A stretch of 32,000 bases of DNA from Dickeya dadantii NCPPB 898 (GTDB lineage Bacteria > Pseudomonadota > Gammaproteobacteria > Enterobacterales > Enterobacteriaceae): the NCBI RefSeq assembly GCF_000406145.1, contig NZ_CM001976.1, positions 2,443,543 through 2,475,542 on the forward strand, in the 5' to 3' direction. The notes under the pieces are model-generated. The model had not been told where the DNA came from. It was given only the letters and a program-made list of their open reading frames with translations, and ran no database searches. Shown piece after piece: positions 17,826-25,445 of this stretch. A program made the position numbers and the translations under genes. Numbering within the stretch: position 1 is the first letter of the stretch; each line of letters starts with the position of its first letter.

Positions 17826-19067
17826 TTATTTACCGACAAAGGTGGTCACACTTAACGGATTCAGCCATACCGTCGCCTTGCCGCTGTCATCGACCTGATA
17901 TGAGCCGCCATATTCAACATTCAGCACTTCTGATGTGCTGTATTTTTCAAATTTACCGACGTTAGCGTTACTGATATTCAGCGACAACATTTGGTCTGAG
18001 TCATTCGTGTTTACAGCAACAATAACCATTTTTCCATCCGAGTTCTTGTAGGCTGTAAGGTGAACATTTGACTGGGGATTTTCCGTAGCCTGAATACGAA
18101 GGGCACCAGGGCGAACAAACCGGGCATATTGCGACATCACGTAACCACGCTTACTGACTTTACCGTCTTCAGTCAGTAATCCATACGAGCGACGGATATA
18201 CCACCAGACATAGGCGCTATAATTTGACACCATGCTGGCATTCAGTTCAGTACCCACGTCAAGGGCTGAGGTCCAGTTATTGGCCGATTGTTTGGAATCA
18301 ACATAGTGTTCGGTCATCCACAGTTGCTTACCTGCATTCTGTGCTAACGGATACGGTTTAGGCGTCGTTCCATACAGGTGCCCACCGATGATTGACACAT
18401 ATTTTGATGCGTCACTATCTTTCAATACCGGATCAGTTAATGCAGGGTTAAAACCTAACGATTCCGCGACAATGACTTTGAGTGAACCAAATTTAGATCC
18501 TTGCGATTTGAGATAGTTTTTGAATTCATCACCACTCCACTCGCAGGATTCATAATCAGGCTTCCAGTCGGGCTCGTTTTGTATAGAAATAGCATAAATG
18601 GGGGCACTGTTAGTCTGCATGTATTTGGAAAAATCCAGCAGGTGCGAGGTATAGGCAGAGTAATGTGCCGGAAGCAAACGCCCACCGTTTATCAAACTGT
18701 TGTTGCTTTTCATATACGCGGGTGGCGTCCAGGGGGTAGCCATTAATTTAGCCCCCAGCGAGACGGCCTTACGCGCACTCGGAACTTGTATATTCCATTT
18801 ATTGTAGTCGGGATCAATTCTTATTCGCATAATTGATAGCCCTATCTGGCCAGCATCATTACCGAATGCAGTATTAATTTGCTCTGTTGTCAGATCATTT
18901 ATCCACCCAGCACCATTCATCCCGCCAAAACCTTGAATTGTCTGGTAATTAACTTTTGCGTCAATCTTCACTGTATCAGCATAGGCAGAAAACGCTCCTG
19001 CCGTGACTGAAACCACAATAGCCGCACTCAAACAATGGCGAACCCAGCAAGTTACATTTCCATTCAT
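17826..19067 (-). CDS. xynA: Secreted GH30 glucuronoxylanase (endo-beta-1,4-xylanase XynA)
   Basis: From ATG 19067 (AAGGA 8 nt upstream) the 413-aa protein MNGNVTCWVRHCL...ADTVKIDAKVNYQTIQGFGG...ISIQNEPDW...WMTEHY... is nearly identical to the Erwinia chrysanthemi/Dickeya XynA sequence as I remember it. The two catalytic Glu contexts (NEPD, TEHY) are present. Confidence 0.95.
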   Translation of the reverse strand: MNGNVTCWVRHCLSAAIVVSVTAGAFSAYADTVKIDAKVNYQTIQGFGGMNGAGWINDLTTEQINTAFGNDAGQIGLSIMRIRIDPDYNKWNIQVPSARKAVSLGAKLMATPWTPPAYMKSNNSLINGGRLLPAHYSAYTSHLLDFSKYMQTNSAPIYAISIQNEPDWKPDYESCEWSGDEFKNYLKSQGSKFGSLKVIVAESLGFNPALTDPVLKDSDASKYVSIIGGHLYGTTPKPYPLAQNAGKQLWMTEHYVDSKQSANNWTSALDVGTELNASMVSNYSAYVWWYIRRSYGLLTEDGKVSKRGYVMSQYARFVRPGALRIQATENPQSNVHLTAYKNSDGKMVIVAVNTNDSDQMLSLNISNANVGKFEKYSTSEVLNVEYGGSYQVDDSGKATVWLNPLSVTTFVGK

Positions 19068-19436
19068 AGCATCCATCCTTAATAACATGAATATTGGGAA
19101 ACAATTATAAAAACTAACTTTATTATTCCTGAAAAGCTATAAATACAACAAACAAAAGCCACCTATATTTAATTTTGATGGCATCTTATTTATATTCCAT
19201 TTTTATATTTAGTTCTAGCGCTAAAATCTGCATCCCCGTCTTCTATATTGGGTAAATAGTATCAGCAGATTAATCAGATGCGGGCTAATAATGACGTTAT
19301 CTTATTTTCCTGTCTTTTTCCTAAAGTATAAAACGAGAAAACCAGAGCAGGTTCTGACCGCAGGAGCGGCCAGAAAACCCTATATCACCAGTTAGTCAAG
19401 GCCCATCAGAGCACAGCATGATTGCTTTTTCTCACC

Positions 19437-20810
19437 TTACTTCAGCAACCTGACCTTCACCGCCTTCCCTTTAATTTTCCCCTGCTGCAACTGCTTCCAC
19501 GCGTGGCGCGCCACCGACTGCTTCACCGCCACATAGGCGTGCATCGGATGAATCGTAATCTTACCGATATCAGCGCCATCCAGCCCCATGTCGCCGGTTA
19601 ATGCGCCCAAAATATCGCCGGGACGCATTTTGGCTTTCTTGCCGCCGTCGATGCACAGCGTCGCCATCGTCGCTTCCAGCGGGGTGATGCGTAATCCGGT
19701 CGGCAGCGGATGCCAGCTGAGTTTCATATTCAGCATCTCTTCCAGCGCATTGGCACGCTGGGCCTCTTCCGGCGCGCAGAGACTGATGGCCAGCCCGCTT
19801 TCACCGGCGCGGGCGGTACGGCCGATGCGGTGAATATGCACCTCGGGATCCCACGACAACTCGTAGTTAATCACCATCTCCAGCGCTTTGATATCCAGCC
19901 CACGCGCGGCAACGTCGGTTGCCACCAGCACGCGGCTGCTACCGTTAGCGAAGCGTACCAGCGTCTGGTCGCGGTCACGCTGTTCCATGTCGCCGTGCAG
20001 CGCCAGCACGCTCTGGTTACTGTCGGTCAGGGCATCGTATACCGCCTGACAATCTTTTTTGGTATTGCAGAACACCACGCAGGAAGCCGGTTGTTCGCGG
20101 CTGAGCAGTTTTTGCAGCAGATCGATTTTACCGCTGCGGGAAACTTCATAGAACTGCTGTTCAATCGCCGGCAGTTCATCCACCGTGTCGATTGCGATGG
20201 TCAGCGGATCGCGCTGAATACGGTGGCTAATGGCGGCAATGGCATCCGGCCAGGTGGCGGAAAACAGCAGCGTTTGACGCTGAGCGGGCACGTGGGCGAT
20301 AACCTCATCGATGGCGTCGGCAAAACCCATATCGAGCATCCGGTCAGCTTCATCCAGCACCAGCGTCTGCAGGGCATCAAGGCTTACCGTCTCCTTTTTC
20401 AGGTGATCCAGCAGTCGGCCCGGCGTGGCGACAATGATGTGAGGAGCATGGATCAGCGAGTCGCGCTGGAGACTGAACGGCACACCGCCGCACAGCGTCA
20501 GCACCTTGATGTTCGGCAGGTAGCGCGCCAGCCGGCGCAGTTCATTGGCGACCTGATCGGCGAGTTCGCGTGTCGGGCACAGCACCAGCGACTGGGTGTT
20601 GAACTGCCCGGCATCCAACTGCTGCAACAGGCCCAGCCCGAAAGCCGCGGTTTTGCCGCTGCCGGTTTTCGCCTGCGCGCGGACATCTTTACCTGCGAGG
20701 ATCGCTGGTAACGCCGCGGCCTGAATCGGGGTCATGGTCAGGTAGCCCAGCTCGTTAAGGGTGGTGAGTTGTTCCGCAGGAAGCGCGTTAAGTTCAGCAA
20801 ATGAGGTCAC
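19437..20810 (-). CDS. dbpA: ATP-dependent RNA helicase DbpA (DEAD-box, 23S rRNA-specific)
   Basis: Motifs AKTGSGKTAAF, VLDEADRMLD (DEAD), SAT, HRIGRTARAG, and the C-terminal RNA-binding domain MATLCIDGGKKAKMRPGDILGALTG. Aligning with E. coli DbpA (MTAFSTLNVLPPAQL) favours GTG 20810 (VTSFAELNALPAEQL) over track start 20882; the start remains uncertain. Confidence 0.93.
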   Translation of the reverse strand: MTSFAELNALPAEQLTTLNELGYLTMTPIQAAALPAILAGKDVRAQAKTGSGKTAAFGLGLLQQLDAGQFNTQSLVLCPTRELADQVANELRRLARYLPNIKVLTLCGGVPFSLQRDSLIHAPHIIVATPGRLLDHLKKETVSLDALQTLVLDEADRMLDMGFADAIDEVIAHVPAQRQTLLFSATWPDAIAAISHRIQRDPLTIAIDTVDELPAIEQQFYEVSRSGKIDLLQKLLSREQPASCVVFCNTKKDCQAVYDALTDSNQSVLALHGDMEQRDRDQTLVRFANGSSRVLVATDVAARGLDIKALEMVINYELSWDPEVHIHRIGRTARAGESGLAISLCAPEEAQRANALEEMLNMKLSWHPLPTGLRITPLEATMATLCIDGGKKAKMRPGDILGALTGDMGLDGADIGKITIHPMHAYVAVKQSVARHAWKQLQQGKIKGKAVKVRLLK

Positions 20811-20938
20811 GGTGAGAATTCCAGATGAAATAAGCCGGCAATGATACCATCCCTTTCCTGCCGCGCCGTGAGGAGTTTTCACCTCGCCGCCATCGGGTTC
20901 GGCTAATATCGCAAGGCAGGGTTAGCTCAGGTCACTTT

Positions 20939-20996
20939 TTTCGAAGAGAGACTTTCGAAAAGAAATGTTCGACAAGAAATATTCGAAGAGAAATGA
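20939..20996. repeat. Four tandem 14-15-bp repeats, each centred on the palindrome TTCGAA (TTCGAC in one copy), in the dbpA / TPR-operon divergent intergenic region
   Basis: TTCGAAGAGAGACT (20939), TTCGAAAAGAAATG (20954), TTCGACAAGAAATA (20968), TTCGAAGAGAAATG (20982). The period is 15/14/14 bp. Confidence 0.7.
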
Positions 20997-21001
20997 GCGG
21001 C

Positions 21002-21028
21002 GAATAAAAACGAATGCCGAGACGTTAA
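21002..21028 (+). promoter_or_regulatory. Candidate ECF-type promoter for the TPR/sigma/anti-sigma operon
   Basis: GAAT (21002-05), a 17-nt spacer, then CGTT (21023-26), ~45 nt upstream of ATG 21073. It resembles the generic ECF pattern (G)AAC-N16/17-CGT. Pattern match only. Confidence 0.25.
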
Positions 21029-21072
21029 CTCATCATTCACACCGCGCATTCATTAACCCTGGAGTAAATACG

Positions 21073-21624
21073 ATGAACCCTGTCTCCCGCTTCCAACCTT
21101 CCATTGCCCGTCGTCTGGCTATCCCGGTACTGCTGTTTTCTTTGCACGTCCCGCAGGTGTTTGCTGCCGGCGACGACGACACCAACCGTAAAACGCCCGA
21201 CTGCCCGGCCGGCCAGATTTATAACAGCGCCACGAAACAGTGTGTGCCGGAGAAAACCAGCCGTCTTAGCGATCAGGATAAAACGAACTATGCTTATCAT
21301 CTGGCTAAAAAAGGTGAGTATCAGGCGGCGCTGAACCTGCTGGATACCCTGAAAAACGGCAATACCGCCGAAGCCTGGAACTACCGGGGGTACGCCACGC
21401 GAAAACTCGGGCGTACCGACGAAGGCATCGGCTATTATCAACGCTCGCTGGCGCTTAACCCGAATTATGCGAAAGTGCGCGAATATCTCGGCGAAGCGTG
21501 GCTGGTGAAAGGCCGCCCCGATCTGGCGCGGGAACAACTGAAAACGATCGCCGGTCTGTGCGGCCAAAACTGCGAAGAGTATCGCGATTTACAGGCCGCG
21601 ATTAACGGGCATCCTGAATCCTGA
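21073..21624 (+). CDS. Secreted TPR-repeat protein
   Basis: ATG 21073 with GGAG 8 nt upstream. Signal peptide MNPVSRFQPSIARRLAIPVLLFSLHVPQVFA-AG. TPR units (AWNYRGYATRKLGRTDEGIGYYQRSLALNPNYAKVREYLGEAW). Two Cys pairs (CPAGQIYNSATKQCVP and GLCGQNCEEY). The track start at 20965 reads through the repeat array and is rejected. Confidence 0.8.
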   Translation: MNPVSRFQPSIARRLAIPVLLFSLHVPQVFAAGDDDTNRKTPDCPAGQIYNSATKQCVPEKTSRLSDQDKTNYAYHLAKKGEYQAALNLLDTLKNGNTAEAWNYRGYATRKLGRTDEGIGYYQRSLALNPNYAKVREYLGEAWLVKGRPDLAREQLKTIAGLCGQNCEEYRDLQAAINGHPES

Positions 21625-21646
21625 GTATCAGCACGAGGACAAAAAA

Positions 21647-22162
21647 ATCACTACCAGTGAAGTTCGCCAGCAGCTTGCCGCGCATCTGACACGCCTGTGG
21701 CGCTATGGTCTGGTGCTGTCGCGCAGTCACGACGCTGCTGAAGAATTAGTTCAGTCCACCTGCGTTCGCGCGCTCGAAAAGAGCGCGCAATTTACGCCGG
21801 GTACCCGTATCGACAGATGGCTATTTTCCATTCTTCACTCTATTTGGATTTCCGACCTGCGCGCCCGCCGCGTGCGTATGGGGCAAGGATTTGTCGAAAG
21901 CGATGAATTGTTGGCGCCGGATACCCACGCGCTGAATGACGATCGCCGGCATTACCAGAAAATCATGCAACGGGTAAACGCGCTGCCTGAAGCGCAACGC
22001 AACGCCATATTTTTAGTTTATGTCGAAGGGTTTACCTATCAGGAGGCGGCAGACACGTTATCGGTACCGATCGGCACGATTATGAGCCGGCTGGCGGCGG
22101 CACGGACCATTCTGGCCCAATCGGTTGACGCCCCGGTGTCCGAGAAGGAAAAACGTTCATGA
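21647..22162 (+). CDS. ECF (sigma-70 family group 4) RNA polymerase sigma factor; start codon unresolved
   Basis: Region 2 (DAAEELVQSTCVRALEK...RIDRWLFSILHSIWISDLR) and region 4 (LPEAQRNAIFLVYVEGFTYQEAADTLSVPIGTIMSRLAAAR). The frame is open from 21542 with no ATG/GTG/TTG before GTG 21713, which would delete region 2.1. ATC 21647 sits 7 nt after GAGGA. Stop overlaps the anti-sigma ATG (ATGA). Confidence 0.75.
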   Translation: MTTSEVRQQLAAHLTRLWRYGLVLSRSHDAAEELVQSTCVRALEKSAQFTPGTRIDRWLFSILHSIWISDLRARRVRMGQGFVESDELLAPDTHALNDDRRHYQKIMQRVNALPEAQRNAIFLVYVEGFTYQEAADTLSVPIGTIMSRLAAARTILAQSVDAPVSEKEKRS

Positions 22163-22962
22163 GATCAACGAGTTTTATTCCCCCTTACAGCGACGAAGCC
22201 ATCGTTGCCTGGCTTGACGGTGAGATGAATGACACCGATGCACAGCGGTTCGAACAAGAGCTCAGAAGCGACGATCAACTTGCCGTGCGCATCGCTACGC
22301 TGCAGAAAAGCGATCTGGCGTTTAAAGAAGCCTTCGAGCCGTTGCTCGATGACGCGCCCCAGGCCCGCATGCAGCATCGGCTTGAGCAACTGCTAACAAC
22401 GACGCCCTCGGCGGGAGAAACCTCACCGCGCACCGGGGTTAGCCGCCGTTCGCTGATTGCCGCCTCGCTCAGTTTTCTGGTGATGGGTTCAGGGCTGGGG
22501 TATCTGGCGCGCCCGGCCTCGGCGGTGCGTAGCGAGAGCGAGAAAATTCGCGATCTTGAGGCCCGCTACATGTCGCTATACAGCGCGGAAACGCTGCTCG
22601 ATATGGACAGCGCATCGCCCGTGCTGGCTCGCGGACTGGCGCGTACCGCGCAGGACATTGGGCTACATCTGAGCGAACAGCAGCTTACTATTCAAGGCGC
22701 GGAGCTGAAAATGGTACGTATGCTGCGCTACGACAGCACCTCAATCGCACAGATTGCCTGGATGCATGCCGATTACGGGCCGATGGCGTTGTGCATTTCC
22801 CCTGATCGTCAACAAAGCGCAACCTCGATCAACCATGAACAGCGACATGGAATGCATCTGGCCTGGTGGTATGCCGGGGGCTATCAGTTCGTATTGATCG
22901 GCCGCAATCCCGTCTCGCAGCTTAGCGATAGCGCGCTCAGGTTGCAGACCTCACTGACCTAA
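22159..22962 (+). CDS. Single-pass membrane anti-sigma factor
   Basis: The 4-nt ATGA overlap with the sigma gene implies translational coupling. N-terminal anti-sigma domain pattern (AWLDGEMNDTDAQRFEQELRSDDQLAVR), without zinc-ligand Cys/His. One TM segment (SLIAASLSFLVMGSGLGYLA). Periplasmic C-terminal domain. Confidence 0.8.
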   Translation: MRSTSFIPPYSDEAIVAWLDGEMNDTDAQRFEQELRSDDQLAVRIATLQKSDLAFKEAFEPLLDDAPQARMQHRLEQLLTTTPSAGETSPRTGVSRRSLIAASLSFLVMGSGLGYLARPASAVRSESEKIRDLEARYMSLYSAETLLDMDSASPVLARGLARTAQDIGLHLSEQQLTIQGAELKMVRMLRYDSTSIAQIAWMHADYGPMALCISPDRQQSATSINHEQRHGMHLAWWYAGGYQFVLIGRNPVSQLSDSALRLQTSLT

Positions 22963-22979
22963 CCTGTGGCCCAACGATG

Positions 22980-23022
22980 CCCTTCCCTCCACGCCCCGCT
23001 AGCCAGCGCGTGGAGGAAGGGG
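22980..23022. terminator. Hairpin between the convergent anti-sigma and yceI genes (possible bidirectional terminator)
   Basis: CCCTTCCCTCCACGC (22980-94) pairs with GCGTGGAGGAAGGGG (23008-22) with one bulge. GTTTCAT follows on the plus strand. The U-tract is weak in both directions. Confidence 0.45.
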
Positions 23023-23024
23023 TT

Positions 23025-23600
23025 TCATAATGCGCGCCGGACCTGCGCCTGAATATCAATGTTAATCGCGACCCGGTCATCCACCAGCGCCATAAACCGA
23101 TCCATATCAAAGGCCGAACGTGAAATAGCGGTTGTCGCATGAAGAAACAACGTCCCCCCGGTCGGCGATGCGCCCGTATATTCCTCCAGCGTGGTTTCCA
23201 GAACGACGGGTCGCTGAATGTTTTTTACCGACAGCGAACCAAACACCCGAAAGTGGCCATGCCCTTGCGCCACAACCCTATTGCTGGTGAAAACAATCCA
23301 GGGATAGTGTTTTGCGTCAAAAAACATACCGCTTTTCAACTGGTAGGTCAGCAGGGAGTTGGACGCTTCAAGCGTAGCAACGGGGATTTTCACTTCAATG
23401 CGATCATCGGTTTCCTTCGCGGAATCCAGTGTGACGTCCCCCGTTACGCCATCCAGATGCGCCTGTGAGGTATCGCCAAATGCGCGCCATGACAACGCAA
23501 TGGCGGTCTTATTCGTTGAAATAGTGTAGTTGAGGGGAGTGGCGTGTAGCGTTGAACTTATCAGCAGCCCAACGGCCACTGCGGGAATGATGCGCATCAT
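23025..23600 (-). CDS. Periplasmic YceI-family (polyisoprenoid-binding-like) protein
   Basis: ATG 23600 (GAGGAG 9 nt upstream) gives the signal peptide MMRIIPAVAVGLLISSTLHA. Features characteristic of the YceI lipocalin-like fold as I remember it: FDAKHYPWIVFTS, GSLSVKNIQRPVVLE, AISRSAFDM. Confidence 0.85.
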   Translation of the reverse strand: MMRIIPAVAVGLLISSTLHATPLNYTISTNKTAIALSWRAFGDTSQAHLDGVTGDVTLDSAKETDDRIEVKIPVATLEASNSLLTYQLKSGMFFDAKHYPWIVFTSNRVVAQGHGHFRVFGSLSVKNIQRPVVLETTLEEYTGASPTGGTLFLHATTAISRSAFDMDRFMALVDDRVAINIDIQAQVRRAL

Positions 23601-23736
23601 AACGGGAAGCTCCTCAAAGCAGACAACGCGTAAACGCTTCAAGGTGCTACTTTATTCATTCCCCCTGGGGACAGACAAAAAACGGCCGCATCAAGGCCCG
23701 GACATTCACCGTAAAAATGAATCATGCGCTGATTTT

Positions 23737-25194
23737 TCACACAGTAAACGCCAGATGAATTTCCCGGTCGGACAAACGGCGCAAATACCGGGAGTGTTCT
23801 GAGTTAACCGAATATCCGAATATCTCGATACGGTTTCGGCCGTTGGCCTTGGCCTGATATAACGCGTTATCGGCCTTTTTGATCAGTTGCTGATAATCCG
23901 GGTGGTTATCGAACTCGGCAATACCAACGCTGATGGTTACCGAGATGCCCTTTTCCGCCGTTGCCGGAATATATAACCCGGCGATCAATTGACGAATCGA
24001 ATCAAAGATCATGGCGGCTTGCGACGTCTGGGTTTCGACCAGCAGCACCATGAATTCTTCGCCGCCATAGCGAAAGACATAATCGCTGCTTCGCACACTT
24101 TCGTATATTTTCGTCGCGATTGTCTTAAGTGTCAGATTACCGGTTTCATGCCCGTAATTGTCATTGATCTTTTTGAAATGATCGATATCAATCATCGCCA
24201 GAATAAACGGCTTTCCCGAGCTGATAGCCAGCGCGATTTCCCGCCGCATAATGGTCGGAATAAAGCGGCGATTGAGCAGATTAGTCAGCGGATCCTTACC
24301 GTTTTCGAATTTAATCAGTTCATCAAACATGGAACAGAGTATTGAATTAACCTGCCCAACTAACTGGCGGACGTCGCGTAATAATTGAGTGCGTATCGCC
24401 GTATTTTCGACGTGGTGGGGAAATGTCTCCCTCACCCGATTATCCACCTGCCGGATCAATGCCTCCAGCTTTTTCAATAAATCCGGACCATTGAACAAAT
24501 GCCGTCCTTTATGAAAAAACCACAGACCAAATTCCGATTTTTCCAGCAGGACAATCTCTTCAGACGGTAGCCCAGTCGCCACGTTATAAATGAACTGATT
24601 TTCCCAATTCATTAATGCGCCAAGTTGCCGCTCTCGTTCAACATTCACATCGTCATAAATCGACAAAATACGATAGCGTTCCTGATCGCGCATCGCGCTT
24701 TTGTAACCGGGAGAATACGCGGTGGTCATCGCCTCAATCGCGGTATCGATAACCAGACTGCTAAAACAGACCGCCTGATTAATCAGCGCGGCATCCAGGT
24801 TGCGTTTCCTGTCCAATAACCTGAACAGTTCATTTTTCAGTTTACGCGCGCCTCTGGCCACCAGGTCGGTCGGAATACCGATGCGCGCATGAATAACGCC
24901 AACCTGCTGCTGCCGTTCCAGCAATGCCGATAACGACTCGGTGGCGCTGCCCAATACCGAACGTAGCCAGTGATACATACTTTCGTTGAGTTGGTTGGCG
25001 ACTTGTTGGGTATTGAGATACAGACTGGCCTTTTTATCCTGAAGCATATAGTCGTAAAACACGCTGACCAGCTGACGCAATTCTTCTTCACATAAATCGC
25101 GTAATAATTCATGAGCGTCAGAAGACGTCAAATTAACCAGCTCTTGCCACTCAGCGAGCAGCAATTCATTATTATCACTTTGTTCAGTATGCAT
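23737..25194 (-). CDS. dosC: Globin-coupled sensor diguanylate cyclase (DosC/YddV homologue)
   Basis: N-terminal sensor-globin with the proximal-His motif VGVIHARIGIP; middle domain FGLWFFHKGRHLF; GGDEF domain with LTNLLNRRF and RYGGEEF. Collinear with remembered E. coli DosC along its length, with ~20 extra C-terminal residues. No dosP partner adjacent. Confidence 0.9.
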   Translation of the reverse strand: MHTEQSDNNELLLAEWQELVNLTSSDAHELLRDLCEEELRQLVSVFYDYMLQDKKASLYLNTQQVANQLNESMYHWLRSVLGSATESLSALLERQQQVGVIHARIGIPTDLVARGARKLKNELFRLLDRKRNLDAALINQAVCFSSLVIDTAIEAMTTAYSPGYKSAMRDQERYRILSIYDDVNVERERQLGALMNWENQFIYNVATGLPSEEIVLLEKSEFGLWFFHKGRHLFNGPDLLKKLEALIRQVDNRVRETFPHHVENTAIRTQLLRDVRQLVGQVNSILCSMFDELIKFENGKDPLTNLLNRRFIPTIMRREIALAISSGKPFILAMIDIDHFKKINDNYGHETGNLTLKTIATKIYESVRSSDYVFRYGGEEFMVLLVETQTSQAAMIFDSIRQLIAGLYIPATAEKGISVTISVGIAEFDNHPDYQQLIKKADNALYQAKANGRNRIEIFGYSVNSEHSRYLRRLSDREIHLAFTV

Positions 25195-25445
25195 TATTAA
25201 ATTAACAGTAAGTTGTTTTCATATTGTCCTACGACGTCGCCTGACAAACTCGTGGCCCCTTTTTGACGCCACGGAGTGTACCCAACTTACCTCAAATTCC
25301 CAAATGTATTTCAGCGCCAATACATTAATAAAATTACTTATTTTGGTAATGATTCGTTAAAAAAACGCCATAATACGGCACTAATCGCTACGGAAAGGCG
25401 GCACCATCGCATAATCAATAATGCCGCCTTAATAATAACCGCCGT

